Shown here piece after piece: positions 1 to 7,318 of a stretch of DNA of 11,357 bases. The stretch covers positions 1-11,357 of the forward strand of contig JANNBC010000020.1 of the NCBI GenBank assembly GCA_031385045.1, given 5' to 3'. The notes under the pieces were generated by a model. It was not told where the DNA came from. It did no database searches and saw only the letters and a program-made list of their open reading frames with translations. Both the position numbers and the translations under genes were made by a program. Position 1 is the first letter of the stretch. Each line of letters starts with the position of its first letter. This DNA is from a bacterium (GTDB taxonomy: Bacteria; Bdellovibrionota_C; UBA2361; CALJRW01).

Positions 1-2
1 TA

Positions 3-920
3 GATTTTGCAAAAATTGAAGCTGGTAAGGTTATTCCCGATATTCAAGTAATTTCTGTTGATGAATTAATCTATGATGTTGGTAAGTTAGTTAATTCCCA
101 AGCTCATAAGAAAAAACATGCTTTTAATTATGAAACTAGAAATAAAAATTTAGCAATTTCTTGTGACCGTCGTCATGCTAGGCAGATTTTAATTAACTTT
201 CTAACTAATGCTATCAAGTACACTCCGCCAGAAGGAAAAGTAGATTTTTGGGCAGAACGAACCGCGGAAGGGGATGTTCGGATTGTCGTTAAAGATAACG
301 GTGTTGGTATTCCAGATGATCAAAAAGATAAAGTTTTCTCGGCTTTTGAGCGGATTGATGATGCATATTCAAAAGAGCAGATGGGCACAGGCTTGGGTCT
401 TTCCTTAACAATCCGTTTAGCAGAGGCGAATAATGCCGAGATCGGCTTTGATTCTGTTGCTGGAGAAGGAAGTGAATTCTATATTACATTTCAGTCGGCT
501 GACGCTAGCTTACTAGTTAACAAAAATGAAGAGGTTAAGATTCAAGTTCCAAGAGGCCATGGAGAAAAAATCCTATTATTAGAGCCAAACTCAGAAGAAG
601 CCAGTGTCGTAATTGGTTATCTAAATAATATTGGTTACGAAGTAGAGTCGCACCCAGCAAGTTTTGATGCTAGTTTGAGTGTAGAAGAATTTTCTTTAGT
701 GCTGATTGAAAATTCATTAGTTGATGATCAAGGAGAGGTGTTCATTACAAATCTTAGACAGACACTTAAAAATGCCAATATCCCAATAATTGTGATGAGT
801 AGTCGCGCCTTTGATTTTGATACTGAATCGTATCTAAAAATGGGTATTGATATTTGCTTGAATAAACCACTTAAATTAACGGATTTGGCTCAGACGGTTG
901 CCAGGGTCTTGCCTCAATAA
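3..920 (+). CDS. Hybrid sensor histidine kinase/response regulator, 5'-truncated by the window edge (end of HisKA, HATPase_c, C-terminal receiver-like domain)
   Basis: The frame is open from position 3 (DFAKIEAGK, typical end of HisKA) through the N box QILINFLTNAIKYT, G1 box VKDNGVGI, F box VFSAF and G2 box GTGLGL, and runs into the track ORF 381..920. A receiver fold follows (KILLLEP...LVLIEN...IPIIVMSS...LNKP). Confidence 0.93.
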   Translation, partial: DFAKIEAGKVIPDIQVISVDELIYDVGKLVNSQAHKKKHAFNYETRNKNLAISCDRRHARQILINFLTNAIKYTPPEGKVDFWAERTAEGDVRIVVKDNGVGIPDDQKDKVFSAFERIDDAYSKEQMGTGLGLSLTIRLAEANNAEIGFDSVAGEGSEFYITFQSADASLLVNKNEEVKIQVPRGHGEKILLLEPNSEEASVVIGYLNNIGYEVESHPASFDASLSVEEFSLVLIENSLVDDQGEVFITNLRQTLKNANIPIIVMSSRAFDFDTESYLKMGIDICLNKPLKLTDLAQTVARVLPQ

Positions 921-1030
921 GCCTTTGAGTCGAGCTAAGTTGTTGAATTTATTCTTTCTTTTCTTGTGAGTCGAATTACTCTAAAATTTCATATCCAAAA
1001 AATAACGATCTGAACTGGCAAATCTTTTGT

Positions 1031-1058
1031 TTGACAGAAAAAAAACCAATCATAAAAT
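1031..1058 (+). promoter_or_regulatory. Putative sigma70-type promoter for the 103-aa ORF
   Basis: TTGACA (1031-1036, consensus -35), 16-nt spacer, TAAAAT (1053-1058), about 90 nt upstream of ATG 1148. Confidence 0.55.
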
Positions 1059-1147
1059 CAGTCTTAAAATAATTTTTTTGAAAATTATCTAAATAAATCA
1101 CTAAATCATGACGATGGTTATCTCGTGTTTTTAACTATTTAGTAATT

Positions 1148-1459
1148 ATGTCAAAAAATAGAGAAACCTTAATTATCAGTATAGATGATGATTTTTATCC
1201 ATCTGATCCAGTTAGCTCAGAAAGGGATTTACTGAAGGCAGTGTTATCCTCAGCAATTAGTGATTTAGAAAAGGAAGGTTATATAGCTAAAGAAGCAGTT
1301 CGCTTTTTTCTTAATCCTGATTCCGAGTATATTTTTTCATTCCGCTCGATTTGTGAATATTTAAAAATTCCTCCGGAGCAAGTTTTGGAGTCAACTGGAT
1401 TAGTCGATAATCCTGAGTTTATGAATTCATATCGCAGAACTCAGGCGGATCTGGAATAA
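1148..1459 (+). CDS. Small hypothetical protein (103 aa)
   Basis: Intact ORF with its own promoter candidate. The pattern ER.LL.AVL..AI.D...EA..FF......Y.FSF..ICEYL resembles small uncharacterised helical proteins I recall from deltaproteobacteria-like genomes (not verified by search). Confidence 0.75.
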   Translation: MSKNRETLIISIDDDFYPSDPVSSERDLLKAVLSSAISDLEKEGYIAKEAVRFFLNPDSEYIFSFRSICEYLKIPPEQVLESTGLVDNPEFMNSYRRTQADLE

Positions 1460-1460
1460 C

Positions 1461-1520
1461 TATAGTAATGACAGAAAGTAATTTCCGATAGGAAATTATA
1501 AATTTAAGATCATTACTATA
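1461..1520. repeat. 60-bp inverted-repeat element, MITE-like
   Basis: Perfect 11-bp terminal inverted repeat TATAGTAATGA (1461-1471) / TCATTACTATA (1510-1520), enclosing a perfect 8-bp hairpin TAATTTCC-GATA-GGAAATTA (1479-1498). Confidence 0.6.
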
Positions 1521-1532
1521 TAGTGACCAGCG

Positions 1533-1621
1533 GGTTTAACCTCCGAAGCTTGAAAGGCGAAGGAGGTAGCCCAGAGACACATATAGTAAAACCTATAAAA
1601 CTCTGTTAAACCGAAGGTTTA
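1533..1621. repeat. REP-like multi-hairpin element with GAA loops
   Basis: ACCTCC-GAA-GCTT-GAA-AGGC-GAA-GGAGGT (1539-1567); CAGAG..TATAG-TAAAAC-CTATA..CTCTG (1572-1605); TAAACC-GAA-GGTTTA (1607-1621); alternative long-range pairing GGTTTAAC (1533-1540) / GTTAAACC (1605-1612). Confidence 0.55.
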
Positions 1622-1687
1622 TCAACCCAGCTTATAATTTCTAACTTACACTTGTTATTTTACTTTAGAGTGAAGGCAAGTATTTTA

Positions 1688-1703
1688 CAGAAAATATTTT
1701 CTG
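1688..1703. promoter_or_regulatory. Perfect 16-bp palindrome, possible operator
   Basis: CAGAAAATATTTTCTG, about 90 nt upstream of the hydrolase start codon. Confidence 0.3.
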
Positions 1704-1792
1704 GTTTTACTATATCCGTCCACTATTTCACGAAATTAATAACTGCTTGCTAATTGATTGAGCTTGATTAGGAGTAATGTTAGTCTGAAACA

Positions 1793-2422
1793 ATGAGTAA
1801 TTCAAAGATTCAGGGTAACATTCAGCTTTCAACTCTTAGTGGGGCTTATCATCTATATAGTGATAGCAGTGAAGATTTGGTTTTGATGCTTCATGGCAAG
1901 GCTGGTAATCGTCAAGTAATGTCTGTCTTTGAGAAGTCTTTTCCTCCTGAAGCTAATTTTATTTATCCTGAGGCAGATATAGCAGACCCAATTGGCGGCT
2001 TTAGTTGGTGGTTGGAGCAAAACTCTGAAAACTATCAACTTGCTGCAAGTAAGTTACAAAAATTTATTGATGATATTATTTTAGAATTTAGGCTTAAGCC
2101 AAGGAGGATTATTGCTTGTGGTTTTTCACAAGGAGGTGCTTGTTTATCCTGGCTTTCACAAGCAAATGAAGGCCTATTCTCACATTTAATTATGATTTGT
2201 AGCTTTTATCTGGAATACCCAGAGCCACTTAAGTCCTACCCAAATACTTTTATTTATCATGGCTTGGCAGATCAGGTTGTGGCTGTTGCTGAAGCCAATA
2301 AGGCCGTCAGTCTTTTGATATCTCGGCAAGCCACAGTAACTTTTGTTGCTGATACTCAAGCACACAAGATTAGTAGTAAAGGAATGAAGGCTCTAAAAGA
2401 TTGGTTGAGTAGGGAGATTTAG
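1793..2422 (+). CDS. Alpha/beta-hydrolase, phospholipase/carboxylesterase family
   Basis: LMLHG oxyanion motif, nucleophile elbow GFSQGG, catalytic Asp in HGLADQVV, catalytic His in AHKIS; 209 aa is typical for the family. Confidence 0.9.
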   Translation: MSNSKIQGNIQLSTLSGAYHLYSDSSEDLVLMLHGKAGNRQVMSVFEKSFPPEANFIYPEADIADPIGGFSWWLEQNSENYQLAASKLQKFIDDIILEFRLKPRRIIACGFSQGGACLSWLSQANEGLFSHLIMICSFYLEYPEPLKSYPNTFIYHGLADQVVAVAEANKAVSLLISRQATVTFVADTQAHKISSKGMKALKDWLSREI

Positions 2423-2522
2423 TGCAAAATCAGCCTCGGATTTAGGGTTACGGTATTTAAATTATATTGTTATAGTTGCTTCAAAGTATTTTATTTCGCG
2501 GATTCGTTTTTATTGATTAGTT

Positions 2523-3443
2523 ATGTCGACAATTCTTAGTTTAGATTTAGCAACAGATGAGGGAAATCGTTTGTTAGCTAGAGTTGATGATGCCGATGTT
2601 TTGATTGGCCGCGCTCCAGCCCCCAAAGGTGTTGCTATTCAAAGCATGGCCGTCTCCGCAACTCATGGGAAGTTTATTCGCTTTAATGAGCATTGGTTTT
2701 ATCGTGACTTGCAAAGTACCAACGGCTCATGGTTTAGCTCCAGAATGCTTTCTCCAAGCGCATTTCATGTTGTTAAGGATGGGGATGTTTTAATTTTAGC
2801 TAATACTCCGATCCAATCTAGATTAAATTTTGATGTCTCCGCAGAACAAGTGCAACTCTTACAAGAACCTGCTATCTTCATATTTTGGCAAGATCGTTTA
2901 AAGGTTACCTTACCACTTCCTCGACATGGTCAGTTTTATAATATTGGTGGAGAGGACTCGATTGTCGAATTTCCAGCAAATTTCTTAAGCACGCATAAGT
3001 TAACAATTAAGGCTGATGGTCGAAATTGTTTGCTAGAGTCATATCAAGTTGGAACCGGTCTGTATCATAATAGTACACAAATTAGTCCATCAGCTCAGGT
3101 TATGATGCATGACCGGGATAATATTATTACCGGACAGCTGGTTATTGTTTTCAGTACCGGGCACAAAACAGTAGAAGCCGAAGCTAATCTAGGTGAAGTT
3201 GGAACGTTTATCGATCCAAGTGCTAGGTATAGTAAAAAGTTAATTACAAATTCAGGTTTTGGAAAATTACTAGAAGAGGAGCATGAACATCGAGAGATTG
3301 TTCGTACTCAAGGTATCGCACGTCCGATAGCAATAGTTGAGCCAGATCAACATAATCTGATTGGAGATAAAATCATCTATATAATCGGGATTTTAGCTTT
3401 ATTAATAACTTTAGCACTTCTATTTTGGTTTCTGCTAGCTTAA
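2523..3443 (+). CDS. FHA-domain protein with C-terminal transmembrane anchor
   Basis: FHA motifs LIGR, VSATH and DLQSTNGS. A second, degenerate FHA-like beta region follows (YNIGG...MHDRDNIITG). The C-terminus is hydrophobic (IIYIIGILALLITLALLFWFLLA). Confidence 0.85.
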   Translation: MSTILSLDLATDEGNRLLARVDDADVLIGRAPAPKGVAIQSMAVSATHGKFIRFNEHWFYRDLQSTNGSWFSSRMLSPSAFHVVKDGDVLILANTPIQSRLNFDVSAEQVQLLQEPAIFIFWQDRLKVTLPLPRHGQFYNIGGEDSIVEFPANFLSTHKLTIKADGRNCLLESYQVGTGLYHNSTQISPSAQVMMHDRDNIITGQLVIVFSTGHKTVEAEANLGEVGTFIDPSARYSKKLITNSGFGKLLEEEHEHREIVRTQGIARPIAIVEPDQHNLIGDKIIYIIGILALLITLALLFWFLLA

Positions 3444-3508
3444 TTTTTGCTAATTTTCCATAAGTTGTTAGAATCTTTGGAAACTGGTTCCTTTTTTATC
3501 CTAGTACT

Positions 3509-4498
3509 GTGAATATTCTTTTAGTTCAAATGGCCTTTCTTGGCGATGTCATCCTAACTACGCCAGTTATAAAGGGAATCAAAGACTTATATCCTGATTG
3601 TAAGCTTTGGTTTTTAACAACTCCACTAGCTACTGGTTTAATTAATAATGATTCTCAGTTAGCAGGAGTGATTGCTTATCAAAAAAGGGGGAAGCATCGA
3701 GGCCTTTTTGGAACGATGCGCTTTGCTAAAGAACTTAGCAGTTATAAGTTTGATCTAATTATCAGTGTTCATAAATCCTATCGAACTTCATTACTTCTAA
3801 AATTAATTTCTGCACCTGAAAAGATTGGTTTTGTTCAAGCAAAGTTTTCTTCAATCTATACTAAAAAAGTAGATATGGTAGGTGAGCATGCAGTAGAACG
3901 AGTCTTTTCTATTTTAAAATTTCATCCGCGATATTCTGAGCTAAAGCCAGAAATGCATTTAGCAATTTCTGAGGATCGAAATAAGGTTCGGGCGCAGTAT
4001 AATCTCACTCAAAAATACATCGTGATTGCTCCTGGCAGTGCTTGGGAAACCAAGCGCTGGCCGGCACAACATTACCGACGAGTAGCAGAGGAGTTTATCC
4101 AGCGTGGGTACCAAGTCGTTGCCTTAGGCAGTAAGGAAGAAATGCCATTAACGGCACTTGCTTTGCCTACTGCTGGCATAAATTTAGCAGGTAAGCTTAG
4201 CTTGCCGGAGTCTTTGTTAGTTTTGAAATCTGCTACGGCCTTAATTTGTAATGACAGCATGATTCTTCATGCGGCTTCGGCTCTGAAAGTACCGACTGTT
4301 GCTATTTTTTGTGCTACATCTCCAACCTTTGGTTTTGGTCCCTGGGAAAATAATGCTGTAGTTGTTGAGCGAGAAGATTTAGAGTGTAAACCATGTTCGC
4401 GACATGGTGCTAGAAAATGTCCGTTAAAGACTGATGCTTGTATGATCGGTCTTCCGCCGACTAAAATTATTAGCGCTTTTGATTCATTAAATATCTAA
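3509..4498 (+). CDS. Glycosyltransferase family 9, LPS heptosyltransferase (WaaF/RfaF-like)
   Basis: GTG start. Motifs ILLVQMAFLGDVILTTP, IAPGSAWETKRWP, NLAGKLSL, ICNDSMILHAASAL and C-terminal CKPC...CP...CM. Confidence 0.9.
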   Translation: MNILLVQMAFLGDVILTTPVIKGIKDLYPDCKLWFLTTPLATGLINNDSQLAGVIAYQKRGKHRGLFGTMRFAKELSSYKFDLIISVHKSYRTSLLLKLISAPEKIGFVQAKFSSIYTKKVDMVGEHAVERVFSILKFHPRYSELKPEMHLAISEDRNKVRAQYNLTQKYIVIAPGSAWETKRWPAQHYRRVAEEFIQRGYQVVALGSKEEMPLTALALPTAGINLAGKLSLPESLLVLKSATALICNDSMILHAASALKVPTVAIFCATSPTFGFGPWENNAVVVEREDLECKPCSRHGARKCPLKTDACMIGLPPTKIISAFDSLNI

Positions 4499-5194
4499 AT
4501 GCTACATAAATTTAATTATCAAAAATTTGAAATCTATAGCGAGAATCTGCTTAGTACAAAAGATTTAGCTAGTATTGTAGATGCTCTAAAGATTCAAGCT
4601 TCACCAAACGAAGATCATTTATTATCAGGTCGCGGAACAATTAAATTTACGATCTTAGATGGACTAGGTCCGGTAGCAATTAAAAAATATCTTCGCGGTG
4701 GGATTTTTGGAAAGATAATTAAAAAGTATTATTTACATGTTGGTAATAAACTTCGCCCGCAAATTGAATATGAAGCCTTATTAATTGCCAGGAAATGTGG
4801 AATTAAGGCTCCCTGCCCTTATGCTTTTGTAATTCAAGGAAAAGTTCTCTACCAAGCCTGGCTAATCATGGAGAAAATTGAACACCAGGATAATTTAGCA
4901 AGTATTAGTATCAATAATCCAGAGCTAGCTCAGGAGTTAATGACTGAGGTTTGTCGAATTATTACTAGCTTAGTTGATAATATGATTTTTCATCCTGATT
5001 TGCATCCAGGTAATTTTTTGATGAATACAAATCAAGAATTATTCTTAATTGATTTTGATAAGGCGGCAATTTTTTCTGGGCCTCCAAGCAAGCTGCAAGA
5101 GATTTATTTATTGCGTTGGAGGAGAGCTGTAATTAAACACAACTTGCCAGACTTTTTAGCAGAATATATTTCTGCTAGTTTAAGAAAAAAATAA
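4499..5194 (+). CDS. Lipopolysaccharide kinase, Kdo/WaaP family (KdkA-like)
   Basis: SGRGT glycine-rich loop, KKYLRGG, catalytic loop HPDLHPGN and LIDFDKA. Abuts both flanking heptosyltransferases. Confidence 0.85.
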   Translation: MLHKFNYQKFEIYSENLLSTKDLASIVDALKIQASPNEDHLLSGRGTIKFTILDGLGPVAIKKYLRGGIFGKIIKKYYLHVGNKLRPQIEYEALLIARKCGIKAPCPYAFVIQGKVLYQAWLIMEKIEHQDNLASISINNPELAQELMTEVCRIITSLVDNMIFHPDLHPGNFLMNTNQELFLIDFDKAAIFSGPPSKLQEIYLLRWRRAVIKHNLPDFLAEYISASLRKK

Positions 5195-5195
5195 A

Positions 5196-6212
5196 GTGAG
5201 TGAGACGATTGGCCAAACAAAAGTTTTAATCATCCTTATGGGATCGCTAGGGGATGTTCTGCGTGGACTTTCCTTACTTAGGCCATTAAAAGATTCTGAA
5301 AAAAATTTTCAGATTTATTGGTTAGTAGATTCTAGATGGCAATCGTTACTTAAGGGGCATCCGCTCATTGATCAGCTGATAATTGTGGATCGTCCAGTTA
5401 ATTTAAAAAATATTAAAAACTTAATTAGTATTTTACGTTCTACTAAATTTGATTTTGTCTTTGATCTTCAGAGAATCTTAAAATCTGGAATGCTTTCCTT
5501 ACTTTCTAGGAGCTCTAGGAAAATTGGGTTTAATCGTAAAAATTCTAAAGAATTTAATTATTTGTTTAATCAAGAGGAGATTGCATATTTCCCAGAAACA
5601 TATCCAAAGATTAATCATTATCATCAGTTTTTAAAACAGATTGGTGTTGTTACTTCCGAGCCTTATCAATTTGAATTAGATTATTTAAGATCTGAATTGC
5701 CAGAAAATTTTAAGAAAGAAGGTCAAACAATAGCAGTCGTTTTAGAGTCTTCCTGGGAGTCAAAGGATTGGTTTCTGGACTCTTATATTGAATTAATTAG
5801 TCTTATACTGCAAGAATCAAATAACTCGATTATTCTTTTAGGTACAAAGAAGTCAGGGGAGTGGAGCGAGAAAATTCTAAGCCAGATTGTCTCTCCCAGA
5901 ATTAGTTCTTTTGTAGCCAAAACAAGTTTGCGTCAGTTAGCAGCAATCATTGCTACGGTAGATTTAGCTGTTGGTCCTGATTCTGGTCCAGGTCATTTAG
6001 CCTCAGCATTAAACACCAAATATATTACAATTTTCGGGCCAACTGCTCCAGATCGAGTAGCACCTTATGGGGCTCGTAGTTTAGCAATTGAAGCGCAATT
6101 ATTATGCCGTCCTTGTTATAAAAAAACTTGTCCCGGCTTTCAAAAGGCGTGCCTTCGATTAGTAAGTCCCCAAATTGTTTTTCAAAAAATTAAAACAGAG
6201 CTGAAATCTTAG
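5196..6212 (+). CDS. Glycosyltransferase family 9, LPS heptosyltransferase (WaaC/OpsX/WaaF-like)
   Basis: GTG start. Motifs LIILMGSLGDV, FDLQRILKS, SWESKDW, GPDSGPGHLASAL, IFGPT and C-terminal CRPCYKKTCP...CL. Confidence 0.9.
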   Translation: MSETIGQTKVLIILMGSLGDVLRGLSLLRPLKDSEKNFQIYWLVDSRWQSLLKGHPLIDQLIIVDRPVNLKNIKNLISILRSTKFDFVFDLQRILKSGMLSLLSRSSRKIGFNRKNSKEFNYLFNQEEIAYFPETYPKINHYHQFLKQIGVVTSEPYQFELDYLRSELPENFKKEGQTIAVVLESSWESKDWFLDSYIELISLILQESNNSIILLGTKKSGEWSEKILSQIVSPRISSFVAKTSLRQLAAIIATVDLAVGPDSGPGHLASALNTKYITIFGPTAPDRVAPYGARSLAIEAQLLCRPCYKKTCPGFQKACLRLVSPQIVFQKIKTELKS

Positions 6213-6301
6213 TTTATCGTTAAGGTTTACAGCTAATACCGATAAATGCTAAAACTTTACTGGTTTTACAGTATCCAGACACCTCTATTTAATAAAAATT
6301 T

Positions 6302-7318
6302 ATGGTTATTTCCCTTGCCGACTTTGCCAACATTAGAAAAAAAATCAAAGATCAGAAAGTTTTGGTCGTCGGCGATATTATGCTGGATCGATATGTTTGG
6401 GGAGATAGTGGTCGTGTTTCGGAGGAGTCTCCTGTAATTGTGGTTGAGGTAGAAAAAAAAGATGAACGTTTAGGTGGTGCTGGGAATGTCGTTAATAACT
6501 TAGTGAACTTGGGTTGTCAGGTAAGTTTAGCAGGAGTTGTTGGGGCCGATTTTTATGGTGAGAAAGTTATTGATCGTTTAAAGCGGATGAAGGTTGATGC
6601 CACCGGTGTTTTAGTTAGTTCGGAGCGTCCAACAACAACCAAAAAACGAGTTATTGCTCGTGGGCAACAGGTGATTAGGATTGATGAAGAAAACCGAGCA
6701 CCAATTATTCCTAAGATTGAAAATCGTCTGAAAGATTTAATCTCACAAAATTTTGAAAGTTATTCGGCAATTATTATTTCGGATTATGCCAAAGGTGTCT
6801 TAACTCCAAGTATGCTTGATTTTTTTGCTGGGCTTAGAAAAAAACATAATTGTACCTTCAATCATAAGCCAATTATGGTCGATCCTAAACCTGCAAATCG
6901 GAATTACTATCGTGGTTTAAATATTGTAAAACCTAACCGTAAAGAAGCGGAATCAATTGCTGATTTTAAGATTAATAACTTAGAGCAGGCCTTAAAAGCT
7001 GCCCAGATTATTCAAGAGAAGCTCTCCGTTGATTCTGTCTTGTTATCTCTAGGAGGAGATGGATTATTATTTTATAATAGTGATTACCCGCAAGGAGTTC
7101 ATTCTTCAACTTTAGCTCGTAAGGTATTTGATGTGAGTGGAGCAGGGGATGCCGTTGTTTCTTGTTTTACAACAGCAGTTTCTATGGGTTTTTCTGTAGA
7201 GCTGGCCATGGCTTTTGCTAATTTTGCAGCTGCTTATGTCGTTTCCGAAGTAGGGACAATCGCTGTTGATCTTGATATTCTTCAGAATGAACTTAACTAT
7301 TACTATTCAAAAAATTAA
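6302..7318 (+). CDS. rfaE1: D-glycero-D-manno-heptose-7-phosphate kinase (stand-alone RfaE/HldE domain I, PfkB family)
   Basis: VLVVGDIMLDRYVWG, LGGAGNV, TTTKKRVIARGQQVIRID, ISDYAKG, VDPK, KPNRKEA and DVSGAGD. No fused adenylyltransferase domain. Confidence 0.92.
   Translation: MVISLADFANIRKKIKDQKVLVVGDIMLDRYVWGDSGRVSEESPVIVVEVEKKDERLGGAGNVVNNLVNLGCQVSLAGVVGADFYGEKVIDRLKRMKVDATGVLVSSERPTTTKKRVIARGQQVIRIDEENRAPIIPKIENRLKDLISQNFESYSAIIISDYAKGVLTPSMLDFFAGLRKKHNCTFNHKPIMVDPKPANRNYYRGLNIVKPNRKEAESIADFKINNLEQALKAAQIIQEKLSVDSVLLSLGGDGLLFYNSDYPQGVHSSTLARKVFDVSGAGDAVVSCFTTAVSMGFSVELAMAFANFAAAYVVSEVGTIAVDLDILQNELNYYYSKN

Noticed and set aside
381..920. ATG 381 as the start of a 179-aa protein
   Set aside because: It is an internal Met just before the G2 box; the frame is open back to the window edge with kinase motifs.
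1016..1030. Sigma54 promoter TGGCAAATCTTTTGT
   Set aside because: It reads GG-N10-GT and lacks the conserved -12 GC; an adjacent sigma70 candidate explains the region better.
1070..1088. AT-rich inverted repeat in the leader of the 103-aa ORF
   Set aside because: Almost pure A/T tracts, expected by chance at this base composition.
1521..1540. TAGTGACC...TTTAAC similarity to the minus strand of the transposase tail (11304-11287)
   Set aside because: Only an 8-mer plus a gapped 6-mer, in the opposite orientation to the 1582-1609 match; compatible with chance.
1770..1788. AGGAG followed by mini-ORF ATG-TTA-GTC-TGA as a leader peptide
   Set aside because: SD-to-ATG spacing is only 2 nt, and such a short ORF is expected by chance.
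1853..2038. 61-aa minus-strand ORF
   Set aside because: Antisense shadow inside the hydrolase gene, with no motif.
2605..2793. 62-aa alternative-frame ORF
   Set aside because: Nested in the FHA domain coding region, with no independent support.
4072..4260. 62-aa minus-strand ORF
   Set aside because: Antisense shadow of the GT9 gene.
6246..6437. 63-aa + strand ORF
   Set aside because: Overlaps the conserved N-terminus of rfaE1 out of frame, with no motif or SD.
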